Of a DNA stretch of 64,000 bases, positions 30,492 to 41,406 are shown piece by piece. The stretch lies in NCBI GenBank assembly GCA_965206645.1, contig CBDBKE010000004.1, forward strand, positions 1,984,001-2,048,000. The letters run 5' to 3'. The position numbers were made by a program, and so were the translations under genes. Source of the stretch: Terriglobia bacterium. Its GTDB lineage: Bacteria > Acidobacteriota > Terriglobia > JAJPHL01 > JAPKYU01. Each line of letters opens with the position of its first letter. Position 1 is the stretch's first letter. The notes below the pieces were generated by a model. It worked only from the letters and a program-made list of their open reading frames with translations. It was not told the origin of the DNA and searched no databases.

Positions 30492-31859
30492 TGTCCATTG
30501 CGAATTGATATGTTGAGCGATTCTACCCGTGACCGCTGCCCCAGTGAGGCGAGTGCACACTGGCGGAGTACCCTCGGTAGCAGCGAAACAATCAGATCAG
30601 ACAACCGCTCCGCGTTGACAAACTCAAACAGCGAATGGTTTCGTAGGAAGTGCCCGCCTGCCGATGTCCGCCGGTTACACAGGGAGCACCAGTCTTTGGA
30701 GAATCAGGCAGTCATTGGGGTGTGATAGAGGCCTCTGCAGTGGCGTTGCCATCCATAGGAATGGAGCCTGGCGACTGGTCGTGGTATAGGCGTGACTGGA
30801 TCAGGCGTTCTCCCTTCCAGTCCAGTGTGCGAGCGATACGCATTGAAATATGTCCTGAAATCGAGCAGCTTGTTCTCCAGGTCCGCCGTCGTCCAGAACA
30901 ACCTGCGATCCAAATGCTCGCGTCGAATCGTGCCGATCAACCGTTCCACAAAGGGATGGGACAGGGGAACATAGGGGACGGTTTTGATTTCGATTACCTC
31001 CAGGATCCGCAGATTGGCTTGCCACTGCCCAAACCGATACAGGGGATCATGGTCGGAGCTGAGGTAGTTGAGCATACAGGGTTGCCATCGAATGGCGCGG
31101 TTGAACATGCGGCAAAGTGCCACGCCATTGACGGTTCCGGCGTGGACGCCGAACCCAATGATCCGGCGGGTGTATTGATCCATGACGACCAAGACCCAGT
31201 GGGTCCGCAACGTGGCCGATTCGCACCGGAACAGATCTATACTCCAGAGGCTGTCCTTCATGTGGCCAATGAGGGTCAGCCAGGATGGACCACCGGAGTC
31301 CTTTTTCGGCCGATAGTGGCTGGCGAGAATCCTTCGAACAACGTCTTTGTCGATGAGGATGTCGAAAGCCAAGGCAATCTGCTGAGCGATTCGCGGGCAG
31401 CCCCAGGTGGGATTGCGCTGCTTCATCTGGACAACAGCGTCGATGAGTTCTTTGTTGGGTCCGTTTGGTCCGGGCTTACGCCGGTGCTTGGATGAAAAGA
31501 GCAGGCAATATTTTCGGTTCCTCAGAGCCCGGTGGAGGCCCAAAAGAGTCGAAGGCTTCAGCACGATTGCTGAGCGGATCAGGCGGGCGGGGCGGATGAG
31601 GAGAGCACACAGGCCGGCGGCGAGGCGATCTGAAGTGCGTAGATTGGGAGATCGCTGTCGCGAACGATTGAGGATCAGGAGTTGTTGCTTGACAAGAACG
31701 GACTCGGCGATCACAGAGCGAATGCCACCCGGACCCAAGAGCCGGGCAAGAGTAGCCATGACATGGACAACAAGGATAACGAGATTGCGCATCTCAGCAT
31801 CTTAGCAAGAACCGCTAAACCCAGGAATTAGGCCGTAAACTAGCAATTCGCCAGGGACA
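30492..31859 (-). mobile_element. IS481-like (integrase-core) element, 1368 bp
   Basis: IRs TGTCCATTGCGAATTG / CAATTCGCCAGGGACA; second copy at 53831. Confidence 0.85.
30704..31792 (-). CDS. Integrase-core-domain transposase
   Basis: NPTWGCPRIA, FVERLIGTIRRE, YFNAYRSHTGL. Confidence 0.88.
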   Translation of the reverse strand: MRNLVILVVHVMATLARLLGPGGIRSVIAESVLVKQQLLILNRSRQRSPNLRTSDRLAAGLCALLIRPARLIRSAIVLKPSTLLGLHRALRNRKYCLLFSSKHRRKPGPNGPNKELIDAVVQMKQRNPTWGCPRIAQQIALAFDILIDKDVVRRILASHYRPKKDSGGPSWLTLIGHMKDSLWSIDLFRCESATLRTHWVLVVMDQYTRRIIGFGVHAGTVNGVALCRMFNRAIRWQPCMLNYLSSDHDPLYRFGQWQANLRILEVIEIKTVPYVPLSHPFVERLIGTIRREHLDRRLFWTTADLENKLLDFRTYFNAYRSHTGLEGRTPDPVTPIPRPVARLHSYGWQRHCRGLYHTPMTA

Positions 31860-32538
31860 GCAGGAATACATCGCCTTCCTTTGGAAAGCCTTCGAGTCCA
31901 ACTACGCCCATGGCAAGTACCAGCTCGCCTTTCTCGCCTACCACATGCTTACCATGAGCTTCGTCTACTTCAACATCTGGCAGATCAAGACGACAGAGCC
32001 CAAGAACTTCGAGATGAGCCTCATCGGCTTCGACAAGGACAAGGAGAAGCACCTGATTGCGGCCAAGTCACCCTTTGAATTCAGCATGGTCAACGAACGC
32101 ACCATCCTGCGCATTCTCAAGCTGATTGCCTGCGACAACGGCAAGATCGGCACCTATACCAAGCTGGTGGACGATCGCAACAAAACCGTCCACCCAAATG
32201 GAAATATTTTCTTCAGCACTCAGGCCGCCTTGGACATAAAGATCACAGAGATCATGCGCGTCGTTAACGAGATTCAGGTCCACTCGAAACCCGTGATTGA
32301 GCGCTGCTATCGCGAGTTCCTGCTCAGCAGCCACGATCACGAAGAACGCGAGTACCCGGACGCGAACGACCAAATCCGAGAAATTCTAATTCATGGAAAC
32401 CACATGTCTCAAATGGACATCAAACTTTGCCTTGCGCACGATCTTTCTGATCTTTGCGAGCGTGGTAATTTCGCCCAGATTGAAGAACTTCACAATTGCT
32501 TCCAGGCCCCCTATGGGATGGAAATTGAGCGCGGGTGA
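31860..32538 (+). pseudogene. Hypothetical protein, 5'-truncated by IS
   Basis: ORF 31945..32538 begins next to the IS end. Confidence 0.55.
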
Positions 32539-32621
32539 TATACTTTTCATAGCGGTTCAATACGGGTAAAGGACACTATAACTGTCGGAGCAGTACTCTA
32601 GCTAGCACGACGGAAACCAAT

Positions 32622-34076
32622 ATGGGAATACGCATCCAATCCCCTGAAATCGATGTGCCTAAGAACGATCCCTTCGAGAACGACCTCCTCGGGCGAAAAG
32701 AGTCGGTAGAGGTCCTCACCCAACTCATTGGTTCGATCGAAGGTCCATGCGTCCTGGCGGTCGATGCCGCGTGGGGAACCGGCAAGACGACGTTCCTCAG
32801 AATCTGGGAGCAGCACCTTCGCAACCAGGGGTTTCCTGTTGTCAAGTTCAATGCCTGGGAAACCGATTTTTCCGGGGATTCATTTGTCGCTCTCTCCACG
32901 GAACTGACGGAAGGCCTCCACGAATACGCAGACGCACCTCTGGCGAAGGAAAAGATCGACGATACGAAGAAGGTAGCGAAGGAGGTTATGCGACTAGCCT
33001 TTACGGGTGCTATCCGTCACGCAAGCGGAGGCATCCTGGATGTCGATTCACTGACGAAGAATTACGCCGAGAACGGATTGTCCCAACACCAGGAGGCCCA
33101 GAAATCAATCAAGAAATTCCGGGAAACCCTGCAAAACATGGCGAAGGAATTGTCGAAGCAGAAGGGGCCCCCTCTCATCGTGATGATTGATGAGCTGGAC
33201 CGGTGCCGCCCTTCGTATGCTGTCGAACTTCTTGAGGTCGCCAAGCACCTGTTTTCAGTGGACCACATTGTTTTCGTGCTGGCTGTCAATCGTTCTGAAC
33301 TCGCGCATTCGATCAAGGCACTCTACGGCGCGGACTTTGACGCGCAGGGCTATCTTCGCCGATTCTTTGACTTGGACTTCCGGCTTCCCTACCCGGAGCG
33401 AGAGAGGTTTGTCAAAGCGATGCTCGGAGCGATCCAGATCGACCAGTATTTCCAACGGACCATTGATGAGAACGCCCGGTTCGACAAAGAAGATGAAGTC
33501 GTTAGAGATTGGCTGCTGTGCTTCTTTCGTTCGCCGGACCTCAGCCTTCGGCGGATTGCGCAAGCCATCCACCGTCTGGGGTTGGTGTTCGCGTCGTTGC
33601 GCAGCGATCAACGATCGTTCGCCATAACGGCCGTTGTGGCGCTCATCGTTCGGACAATCGACTCAGACCTCTACCACCAGTTCGTCCGCAATGAGGCCAC
33701 GGACCTCCAGGTCGTGGACAAGGTGTTTGGCTGCGACGGGATAAAAACTCTGCAACGGGAGCATGAAGGGTGCATGTTTGAGGTAATGATCATTCTGGCC
33801 GCTTGCGAGGCGTCAGGTTCTAGTTGGCAATCAAGCGACTCGCCTCTGTTGAAGCGGTACGCGAAGCTGGTTGAGGCCAAAAATAAAACCCCTGCGCCAC
33901 CAGAGCAAGATATAAATCACGCAGAGGCCGTTATCGGGCAGTTTCAGCGTTTGCGAAATTTAGGGCATGGGTCACCTGCCAGACGCTTTGGATTCAGACA
34001 GACAGTTCAGCGGCTTGAATTGCTGTCTTCTAGTCTCATTGACGAACGATCAAGAGAAACTTCGCATGATTCTTGA
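32622..34076 (+). CDS. KAP-family P-loop NTPase
   Basis: AWGTGKT, FNAWETD, MIDELDRCRP, LEVAKHLF, YLRRFFD. Confidence 0.92.
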   Translation: MGIRIQSPEIDVPKNDPFENDLLGRKESVEVLTQLIGSIEGPCVLAVDAAWGTGKTTFLRIWEQHLRNQGFPVVKFNAWETDFSGDSFVALSTELTEGLHEYADAPLAKEKIDDTKKVAKEVMRLAFTGAIRHASGGILDVDSLTKNYAENGLSQHQEAQKSIKKFRETLQNMAKELSKQKGPPLIVMIDELDRCRPSYAVELLEVAKHLFSVDHIVFVLAVNRSELAHSIKALYGADFDAQGYLRRFFDLDFRLPYPERERFVKAMLGAIQIDQYFQRTIDENARFDKEDEVVRDWLLCFFRSPDLSLRRIAQAIHRLGLVFASLRSDQRSFAITAVVALIVRTIDSDLYHQFVRNEATDLQVVDKVFGCDGIKTLQREHEGCMFEVMIILAACEASGSSWQSSDSPLLKRYAKLVEAKNKTPAPPEQDINHAEAVIGQFQRLRNLGHGSPARRFGFRQTVQRLELLSSSLIDERSRETSHDS

Positions 34077-34136
34077 GGTCTCCAGCCGCCGAGAGGTCGG
34101 GACTGCCCGGCCTTCCGGGGCGCAGTGAAGGCCCCA

Positions 34137-34449
34137 GAAGCAGCCGGGCGTCTTCCACGAATTTCTCCCAACTCCTTCCTTTCGTCGCTCTTACACGGTA
34201 TTGGGGCGTCTGCATTCGCTCGCAACGCCTACGGCTAGCCCGCTTGATGGGCGAGTTTTCTGACGGTTTCTTGACGGTAGTTGCTGTCACGGCCATGCTC
34301 TACTGGCTGTGCAGCTTGTTGTCGAGTGCGATCCAGTCGTTGCGATACCAGCGCTTGATGGCCTCCACCTGCTCCCGCAGCTCGCTCCCCGTTCTTCCTT
34401 CGATCCACTCCATCTCGGTTGGGATCCCGAGTTGGACGAGCTGGTCCTG
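34137..34449. repeat. Dispersed repeat copy 1 (also 40782-41094 and 53651-53825); encodes small ORFs on the minus strand
   Basis: GGCGTCTTCCACG...CCTACGGCTAGCCCGCTTG...GCCATGCTCTAC shared by three diverged copies. Confidence 0.85.
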
Positions 34450-34690
34450 AAGTGCCGCATCGAGCCGGCAGGCCGCTCTGTCTTCACCGGGAGCCACTTC
34501 CCAGCCCAGTCCTGGAGCTGTTCCTGATGCTAGACAAAGTTCTTGACGGCAATGAAGATCGGCTTGCAGCGTTCACCTTGGCGGCACTACATCACCCTCT
34601 TCGATCAGGTGGTGGTTCCTATATGGCCTACTGTGGTAAGCGAATTTCCTGTGGTTCTTGCCTTGGGGGCGTGGGAGAATAGGAGGAAGC

Positions 34691-34849
34691 ATGAGCGGCG
34701 AGCTAATCAGCGTCTTGATTGCGGTGCTGGCATGGGGAGTAGTCTTGGCCGGGGTGATCCTGACCATCAGGCGCGGCCTGCACCAGGACATACGGCAAGA
34801 TATGGCGCAGCTGAAAGCGCGGCTGGATAGGAGAATCAGTTTTTACTGA
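34691..34849 (+). CDS. Small TM plus coiled-coil protein, possibly truncated
   Basis: AGGAGG RBS; MSGELISVLIAVLAWGVVLAGVIL... Confidence 0.55.
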   Translation: MSGELISVLIAVLAWGVVLAGVILTIRRGLHQDIRQDMAQLKARLDRRISFY

Positions 34850-34942
34850 ACAATCTGTTGAGAGTTCACAAACTAGCCGTCCATGCGTGGTTCGGTTTGG
34901 CTTGGAGACCGGTTTTGAAGGGGAAGTAGAGGCGATCCGAAA

Positions 34943-35236
34943 ATGGCATATCGGATCTCTCTAACGGAAAGTGCAAAGCAAGACCTCGGTCATTTCGACG
35001 TACACGACCAGCGCATCATTGTCGCGGGAATATTGACTCACCTGAGAGTGGATGCGGAGGTCAGTACGCGAAAGAAGAAGCCGCTTCAACCAAATTCGGT
35101 CTCCCCGTGGGAACTCCGGATTGATAGATTTCGTGTTTTCTACTCGGTCGGAGAAGACAACGAAGTGAAAGTTGTTGCCGTGGGCCACAAAGAACACAAT
35201 GTGCTGTTCATCCGAGGAGAGAAGGTTGAGCTATGA
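34943..35236 (+). CDS. RelE/ParE-family toxin
   Basis: KKPLQPN...WELRIDRFRVFY...VGHKEHN. Confidence 0.88.
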   Translation: MAYRISLTESAKQDLGHFDVHDQRIIVAGILTHLRVDAEVSTRKKKPLQPNSVSPWELRIDRFRVFYSVGEDNEVKVVAVGHKEHNVLFIRGEKVEL

Positions 35237-35487
35237 AAACCATAAACTTAGATAAGAAAGCCCCTTCGGTGGACGAGCTCCTCGCCATCGCTCGCCGTGA
35301 GGTTGTCTTGCTCATCTCACACGATGGCACTCGCTTCGTTTTGGAAGAGGCCGACGACTTCGAGCGCGAAGCGGCCCAACTCGGCAATAGTGAAAAGTTC
35401 ATGAAGTTTCTCGAGGAGCGTTCATGCGAAAAAAGCGTCACTTCAATTGGGCAGTTCGCTGACGAGCTCAATTCAACAGATGCATAA
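35233..35487 (+). CDS. Putative antitoxin
   Basis: ATGA overlap with the toxin; small and acidic. Confidence 0.75.
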   Translation: MKTINLDKKAPSVDELLAIARREVVLLISHDGTRFVLEEADDFEREAAQLGNSEKFMKFLEERSCEKSVTSIGQFADELNSTDA

Positions 35488-35599
35488 CACGTGGCTGCAA
35501 GCGGGCGGCAGCCACGGTATTTGAGTTCTCTAGGTAGTGGCCGCCGCAAGCGAGCCACAATCCGTCCGGCACATTCAGCCGCATCATAGACCATCAAAT

Positions 35600-36193
35600 C
35601 TTCTTGAGCTACGCGGCCCCTGACCAGGATCTGGTCGAGAACTTCGCTGACCCGACTGGATGAAACTCATGTTCGCCATTGGCTACCACGTCGGCGCCCG
35701 GGCGGGCTCGATCCTTGCTACGACGTGGAAGCAGGTCGATTGGGAGAAGAAGGTCATCCGGCCGCCGGCCAATCAGCCGAAGAACAAGAAGGTCGGCTTC
35801 TGGCCCATCTACGGCAACCTCGAGAAGCGCTTGAGAGAGGCTGAGTTCTGTCACCAAGAGTACTGGCCGCATGTCCCGTGGGTTATCCACAAAAGCGGAC
35901 GGCCGCTCAAGGGCGCTGAGGACTACCGCCACTACTGGAGCAAGGCCGTGAAACTTGCCGGGCTCAATGGACTACTGTTTCACGACCTGCGCCGGACGGC
36001 GGCCCGGAATCTGTTGACTTCCGGCATCGAACCCATAACGGTCTGCCGAATTGTCGGGTGGGAAACCTCGGCCATGCTCCATCGCTATCGCATCGTCGAT
36101 GAGATTGACGTCGTCCGCGCGGGCGATAGGGCGGAAAAATACCTTCAGTCGCTGGATGCGAGCGCCGCCGATCTAGAGGAGCCGCTGCAATGA
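35600..36193 (+). pseudogene. Tyrosine integrase C-terminal fragment
   Basis: GARAGSI, FHDLRRTAARNL, VGWET..ML.RY.IVD. Confidence 0.8.
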
Positions 36194-36222
36194 TCGACAA
36201 ACATTTGGACAAGCATTTGGAC

Positions 36223-36353
36223 GGTACTGTCAAGTTAAGCAGTTTGGCGGCATTCTCGCCGCCCGCCGCCACCGTTAAGTCATTGATTCTCGGTCTCTGA
36301 TCCAGCAGAATCCTTCCGCAAAACGGGCGGATTCTGCTCAACTTGACAGTACC
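36223..36353 (-). mobile_element. 131-bp IS6-type MITE, copy 5
   Basis: Same IRs and body. Confidence 0.9.
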
Positions 36354-37369
36354 CCACTTGCTATCACCCGCTGCTTTTGTTCAATCGAGACGGCGACTGT
36401 CTGGCGGCCCAGCTCCGTCCGGGCAACGTGCACAGTGCCGAGGGTTGGGAGAAACTCCTGTTACCCGAGATTGAGCGCCAGCAAAGAATGGGAAAAGAGA
36501 TTGCGTTTCGGGCGGACGCGGCCTTTGCCAAGCCGGAGGTGTAGGAGGCATTGGAGGAACGGGGTGTGAAGTACGCAATTCGCATCCCGGCCAACGATAT
36601 TCTGCAGCGAGACATCGAAGAGCTACTGAAACGCCCCGTAGGAAGGCCCACCAAGAAACCGCTGGTCGAGTACAAGGGGTTCTTGTACCAGGCAGCCGGT
36701 TGGAAGACGGCTCGAAGGGTGGTGGCGAAAGTAGAGCATCATTCCGGGGAGTTGTTCCCGCGAGTGGGGTTCATTGTAACGAATCTGACGCTGCCGAATC
36801 GGGCGGTGGTGCGGTTCTATAACAAGCGCGGCACCGCGGAACAGTGGATCAAGGAAGGCAAGCAGGCGGTGAAGATGACGCGGCTCAGTTGCCACAAGTT
36901 CCGATCTAACGAGGTACGGCTTTGGCTGACGATCATCGCCTACAACCTGGGCAACCTGTGGCGACGGCTAGTGCTGCCACAGAGAATCGAGAAATGGTCC
37001 TTGACGAGCCTCCAGCAGCGGCTGGTGAAAACCGGAGGACGGCTCCTAAAACACGCACGGTACTACTGGCTCCTGCTGGCCGAGGGCCATTTGACCCGAC
37101 GGCTGTTTGCCAGCATGCTGGGGCGGATCGATGGATTGGCACTCCCGTCGGGATAGCCCGGGCTACGGCACACAAGAAAACGATGCCGCTATCCCCCAGG
37201 TATGGAGAGTTGTCTGAAAAAGCTGGGTTTGGATGCTGATTGGACGGTTTCAGGGGACCCCGAAAGGGACGCTCGGAGCTGATGGTCCTCTCGGAGAAAA
37301 CATTGTGCTCGCTGGGACGCAGATGCGTGTATATTTTCAATCGCCGCAAGGCCAAAAAGGAAATTCCGG
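36354..37369 (+). mobile_element. IS1380 3' part, pseudogenised transposase
   Basis: CYHPLL...LRPGNVHSA...FRADAAF, in-frame TAG at 36542, ORF 36551..37156, end GGAAATTCCGG. Confidence 0.9.
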
Positions 37370-37850
37370 TTCAATCATCTTCAGCGAGACGTTCTGGCTC
37401 GTCCAGAAGGTGTTGTAGACCACGATTCCTATGTCTGCGGCTTCTGCTGCCGCCACTGCGTATTCGTAAAAATCTTCCTCCGTGTGCATGTGGTAATAGG
37501 GCGGCGAAATCTGCACATACTCGGCACCGAGCCGTTCGACAGGGCGGACCAGTTCAACCAGCTCCCGAGTATTTGTTGTCTGCGCACCCATCACAACGGC
37601 AATCCTGCCATCCGTTTCCTCGATAATCGCCTCGGCCACTCGCAAGCTCTCATCGAAACTCATCACGGGAAAATCGCCCGCCGCCCCGACAGCGAGTATG
37701 ACGCCGGTGCTTTCATTAATGCCTCCATCAATCAGAAACCGGACATGCTGCCGGGTGGCCTCCAGGTCCACTGCCAGATCTTCGTCGCGGAACATGGTTG
37801 GAACCGTCACGTAGCACCCGGAAAGGCGATTTCGGGTCAAAGGTCCATCC
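37370..37850 (-). pseudogene. Dihydrodipicolinate synthase-family protein, N-terminal part truncated by IS1380
   Basis: GCYVTVPTMF, GAAGDF..MS..E, QISPPYY, VVYNT. Confidence 0.82.
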
Positions 37851-38244
37851 GACGTATAAGACCATATGGAGTGACCGCTCGCTATCGTACCGTCGGAGTG
37901 CGTGAGCACTCGACAAGGTGGCCGACGCCACCGAGATCGCGAGTTAACCCCTTGCGGTGTCAGAGCCGCAGACGAGCGTCTTGTCGGCGAGCAGCTTGCC
38001 CCCTCTTACCGGGGAACACGAGTGGATTGCCGCCGGCGCCGAGCGGGCAGGCCGCCTCGAGGACCTCCAGCGCGCGCCCACACAACGGCACGCGATGGTC
38101 GCGCTGCATCACCAAAGAGATATCAAGTAGTTGATTCTAATAGGCAGGTTGTGATGTGAACTCCCTCAATTCTCCCGACATCGCCACAGTGGTTCGGAGT
38201 AGGCTGGCGACGTCCAGAGGCAGGTGCGGGGTGTCAAATCGGGC

Positions 38245-38892
38245 ATGAAGAAACCGTCCCTCAGCTCTCACGGCACCGCACGCGTCCGCGCGCTCTTAGA
38301 CCACGCTGTCTGTCCCACGGCATTCCCCGTCGTACGCACGCGCTTCCTCGGCAACATCGCGACGCCCCGGCTTGACGCATCGCCCGTCCAGACGGTCACC
38401 AACTTGTGGGGAGGTCAGCTGCCGACGTTCGACACGGCTGCGGCGGCCAACGAACTGTTCGACGCGCTCATGGGCCTCTGGAACGATCTGGCAACCCATC
38501 AATCGGAAAGCACGCCGTTTCGGTTGACGCGAATAGCCACCCAGGCGGAGCCAGAGGACTTGCGACGTCTGTGCCAGATCCGTATCGACGAGCTGGAAGG
38601 CTTCATCGACGGCCTGTTCGGTGACGAGGAGGCCATCGAGCTCCCCGAACGAGCCCACGAGGCACTGGAGCATCTGAGGGAGATCAACGCCATGCTGCAC
38701 GGCATCGTCGAGCTCCTGGGCCGCCAGCCAGCACCGCCGGCGTCGGCAGACGACGTGGCGGGGACCCTCAGGAACGTGCGGGAACTCTCACGCATTGCGG
38801 AGCAGGAGTTGCACGCGGTTGTCCTGGTCTGCACGCGAGCCCGCCAACACCGGCTGGCGACGAGCGCGGTGACCAAGCCGACGATTCATTGA
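38245..38892 (+). CDS. Hypothetical protein
   Basis: Long ORF with protein-like composition. Confidence 0.65.
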   Translation: MKKPSLSSHGTARVRALLDHAVCPTAFPVVRTRFLGNIATPRLDASPVQTVTNLWGGQLPTFDTAAAANELFDALMGLWNDLATHQSESTPFRLTRIATQAEPEDLRRLCQIRIDELEGFIDGLFGDEEAIELPERAHEALEHLREINAMLHGIVELLGRQPAPPASADDVAGTLRNVRELSRIAEQELHAVVLVCTRARQHRLATSAVTKPTIH

Positions 38893-39072
38893 GTGCTCGG
38901 CGCGGTCGTGCGGGGAACGTCCTGTCAACGGGTGTAGACCCTGGAGGGTGGGCCAGTGGGACACCAGCCCACTGCTGAATGTTCGGTTCGCGCGGATGCA
39001 TCTCGTTCAGACGACGGAGAAACCGCGCGGCGGATGTCCCGCGCTGTCACCGATTACAAAGGGATGAAAGCG

Positions 39073-39444
39073 ATGATGCGAATCATACTAATCGGCGTGT
39101 CACTCGCGGTGCTCTCGGTTGGATGCCGACAGGACCCGTTGGCTGAGTTGCGAGAGGGGGCTCAGGGAATCGTGGACGACGCGCGAACGAGGGCCAACGA
39201 CGTGCGCGAGTTGTCGGCAGCAGAGCTCCAGGCTCTCTGGGCCATCGAATACACGTCACTCGAGGTGGCCCACGCTGATCTGGGAGACGTGGACGAACGG
39301 CTCAATGCGATGGGACGGGAGCGGTGGGAGTGCTATCACGTCAGTGAGCATGAGCAGGGACGGGTCTTCTACTTCAAGAGACGCACGTCGACCGCGGTCG
39401 CCTACCTGACCAATCTGCTGCGGGTCGGCGCGGTCGCGTTCTAG
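39073..39444 (+). CDS. Putative lipoprotein (DUF4177-like C-terminus)
   Basis: Lipobox LSVGC; LNAMGRERWECYHV...YFKR. Confidence 0.65.
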   Translation: MMRIILIGVSLAVLSVGCRQDPLAELREGAQGIVDDARTRANDVRELSAAELQALWAIEYTSLEVAHADLGDVDERLNAMGRERWECYHVSEHEQGRVFYFKRRTSTAVAYLTNLLRVGAVAF

Positions 39445-39515
39445 CGTGTGCAGCGTCAACGATGCGTGCCGGTGGGCGTCGACGGCGCGGTTCAGAGGAC
39501 GAGAGCCCCGGCGGG

Positions 39516-39905
39516 ATGTATCATGTCTCCATGACCAGCTTCCGGATGTCGGTGACGATGCTCGCGGTGATGCACGCGCTCTTCGCCGGCTTCACGGCCC
39601 TGGTGGGCGCATTCGCGAACGGTGGGGACATCTGGCAGTGGCTGCTGGTAGTCCTGCTGCATCCGCTTGGCGCCGCGGGTGTGCTGGTGCTCGTGTTGCG
39701 GCCCCGCCTCGTCACGACGACGATCCTCGCCCTCGCGGCACTCCTGACAGTGAACGTGGTCGCCGACCTGGGCCTTGCGCAGCTGATGGCTGCGGGCCGC
39801 GTGCGGGGCGATTGGGAGCTAGCGCTGGCTTTCTCAGTGGTTCCGGTCATCGGAGTGGTCTACGCGCTGGCGCTGCTGCGCACGGCCCGCGGAACGACCG
39901 GGTAA
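39516..39905 (+). CDS. Membrane protein, about 4 TM
   Basis: Four hydrophobic segments. Confidence 0.6.
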   Translation: MYHVSMTSFRMSVTMLAVMHALFAGFTALVGAFANGGDIWQWLLVVLLHPLGAAGVLVLVLRPRLVTTTILALAALLTVNVVADLGLAQLMAAGRVRGDWELALAFSVVPVIGVVYALALLRTARGTTG

Positions 39906-40110
39906 GGCGCCTTCCGGAACTGGAGACGCGCTGGAGCCATGGGCACCAGCCGGGCTCGATAGGCCAGGGCGCCGGAACGCTCCTGCGCCGCGTCAGCGGG
40001 GCGGCGAATCGTCGGTTCCGTGCCGTCCGTTCAGATAGGCGGCCCACTCGTCCATCAGCTGGCGCCGGCGCGCGAACAGGTCGGAGAAGGACTCGATTCC
40101 ACAGGCGCTG

Positions 40111-40317
40111 TTGATCAAAGGTCACAACCCGCTGCGGCTGCTTCATTCCGCCCTCAGCGACGGATTGCATGACCGCGACGATGCCTACTGCCTCGAACAA
40201 GCGAGCAGTATTCGTGTTGTTCTTGCGGAACTGTCGGAGCGGCTGGCTCAAGCCCTCAAAGATGAGGCCGAATTAAATAGAGCGCTCTCGCATCTTCTAA
40301 ACCAAACAGATAGTTAA
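40111..40317 (+). pseudogene. C-terminal fragment of a hypothetical protein
   Basis: GHNPLRLLHSALSDGLH...; no intact 5' part. Confidence 0.45.
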
Positions 40318-40438
40318 CCTCGGCCTGCCATGGCGCGCGCCGGACTCCCGGCCGCGCGTGGTCCGCCTGAACGCGGCCGTCGATGCCCTCAACAGTCGCT
40401 ATTGACGCCCCCCTCATCGGCTACGGCCCGTGAAGGCG

Positions 40439-40748
40439 TGACGTGACCGGGGTTTTTTGTACCAGGTGAAATGAGAGAGAATTCACCTGAGAAGGAGCCC
40501 CGATCATGTCGACGAAGAGGTATAAGCCGGAGCAGGTTGTAAACCTCCTCTGGCAGATCGAAGTGGAGACTGCCAACGGGAAGACCACGCCGCAAGCCTG
40601 CCGGGATGCTCAGATCATGGTGCAGACGTACTATCGCTGGCGGAAGGAGTTTGGCGGGCTGAAGCTGGATCAGGCGAAACGGCTGAAGAAATTGGGGAAA
40701 GAGAACGCTCGCCTGAAGCGGTTGGTGGCGCAGTTGTCGCTGGAGATA
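40439..40748 (+). mobile_element. IS3-family left-end fragment (relative of type A)
   Basis: TGACGTGACCGGGGTTTTTTGTACCA; orfA MSTKRYKPEQ from 40506. Confidence 0.85.
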
Positions 40749-41105
40749 AAAGGTATTGTGAACGGCGGATTGGATGTTCAGGAAGCAGGCAGGCGTCTTC
40801 CACGGTTTTCTACCAACTCTTTCCTTTCGTTGCTCTTACACGGTTTTGGGGCGTCTGCTTTCGCTCGCAGCGCCTACGGCTAGCCCGCTTGATGGGCGAG
40901 TTTCCTGACGGTTTCTTTACGGTGGTTGCTGCCACCGCCATGCTCTACTGGCTGTGCAGCTAGTTGTCGAACGCGATCCAGTCGTTGCAATACCAGCGCT
41001 TGATGGCCTCCACCTGCTCCCGCAGCTCGCTCCCCGTTCCTCCTCCGATCCACTCCGTCTAGGTTGGAATCTCGAGTTGGACGAGCCGGTCCTGGGCGCA
41101 TTCGC

Positions 41106-41406
41106 TATGGAGAAGATGCTTCGGGTGGCATCCGACATCGTAGGATACGAGCCTGAAGCGGATACGCGCTACAGAACTGCTGGCCTGGCGGGAGAGTCGG
41201 AGGATATCGAGAGACTGGAATGGGTTTCCCGATGGCTGGGGCTCACGGAACCGGAAGCTGAAATCCTGTTCGATCTGAACAGGCCACCGTACACGCCTTC
41301 CGATATCACGGGGGAGCATCTGCTGGTGGTCCTGGAGGCGGTCCGCAAGGGTGAGCCAGTGGAACGGGATATCTGGGTCAGGAACGATCCGGCGCGGGAC
41401 CAGTAA
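41106..41406 (+). CDS. Hypothetical protein or fragment
   Basis: 3' part of ORF 40954..41406. Confidence 0.35.

Noticed and set aside
3220-36353. 131-bp repeats as integron attC sites
   Set aside because: The ends match the IS6 IRs, copies occur in both orientations and truncate genes, and no integron integrase is present.
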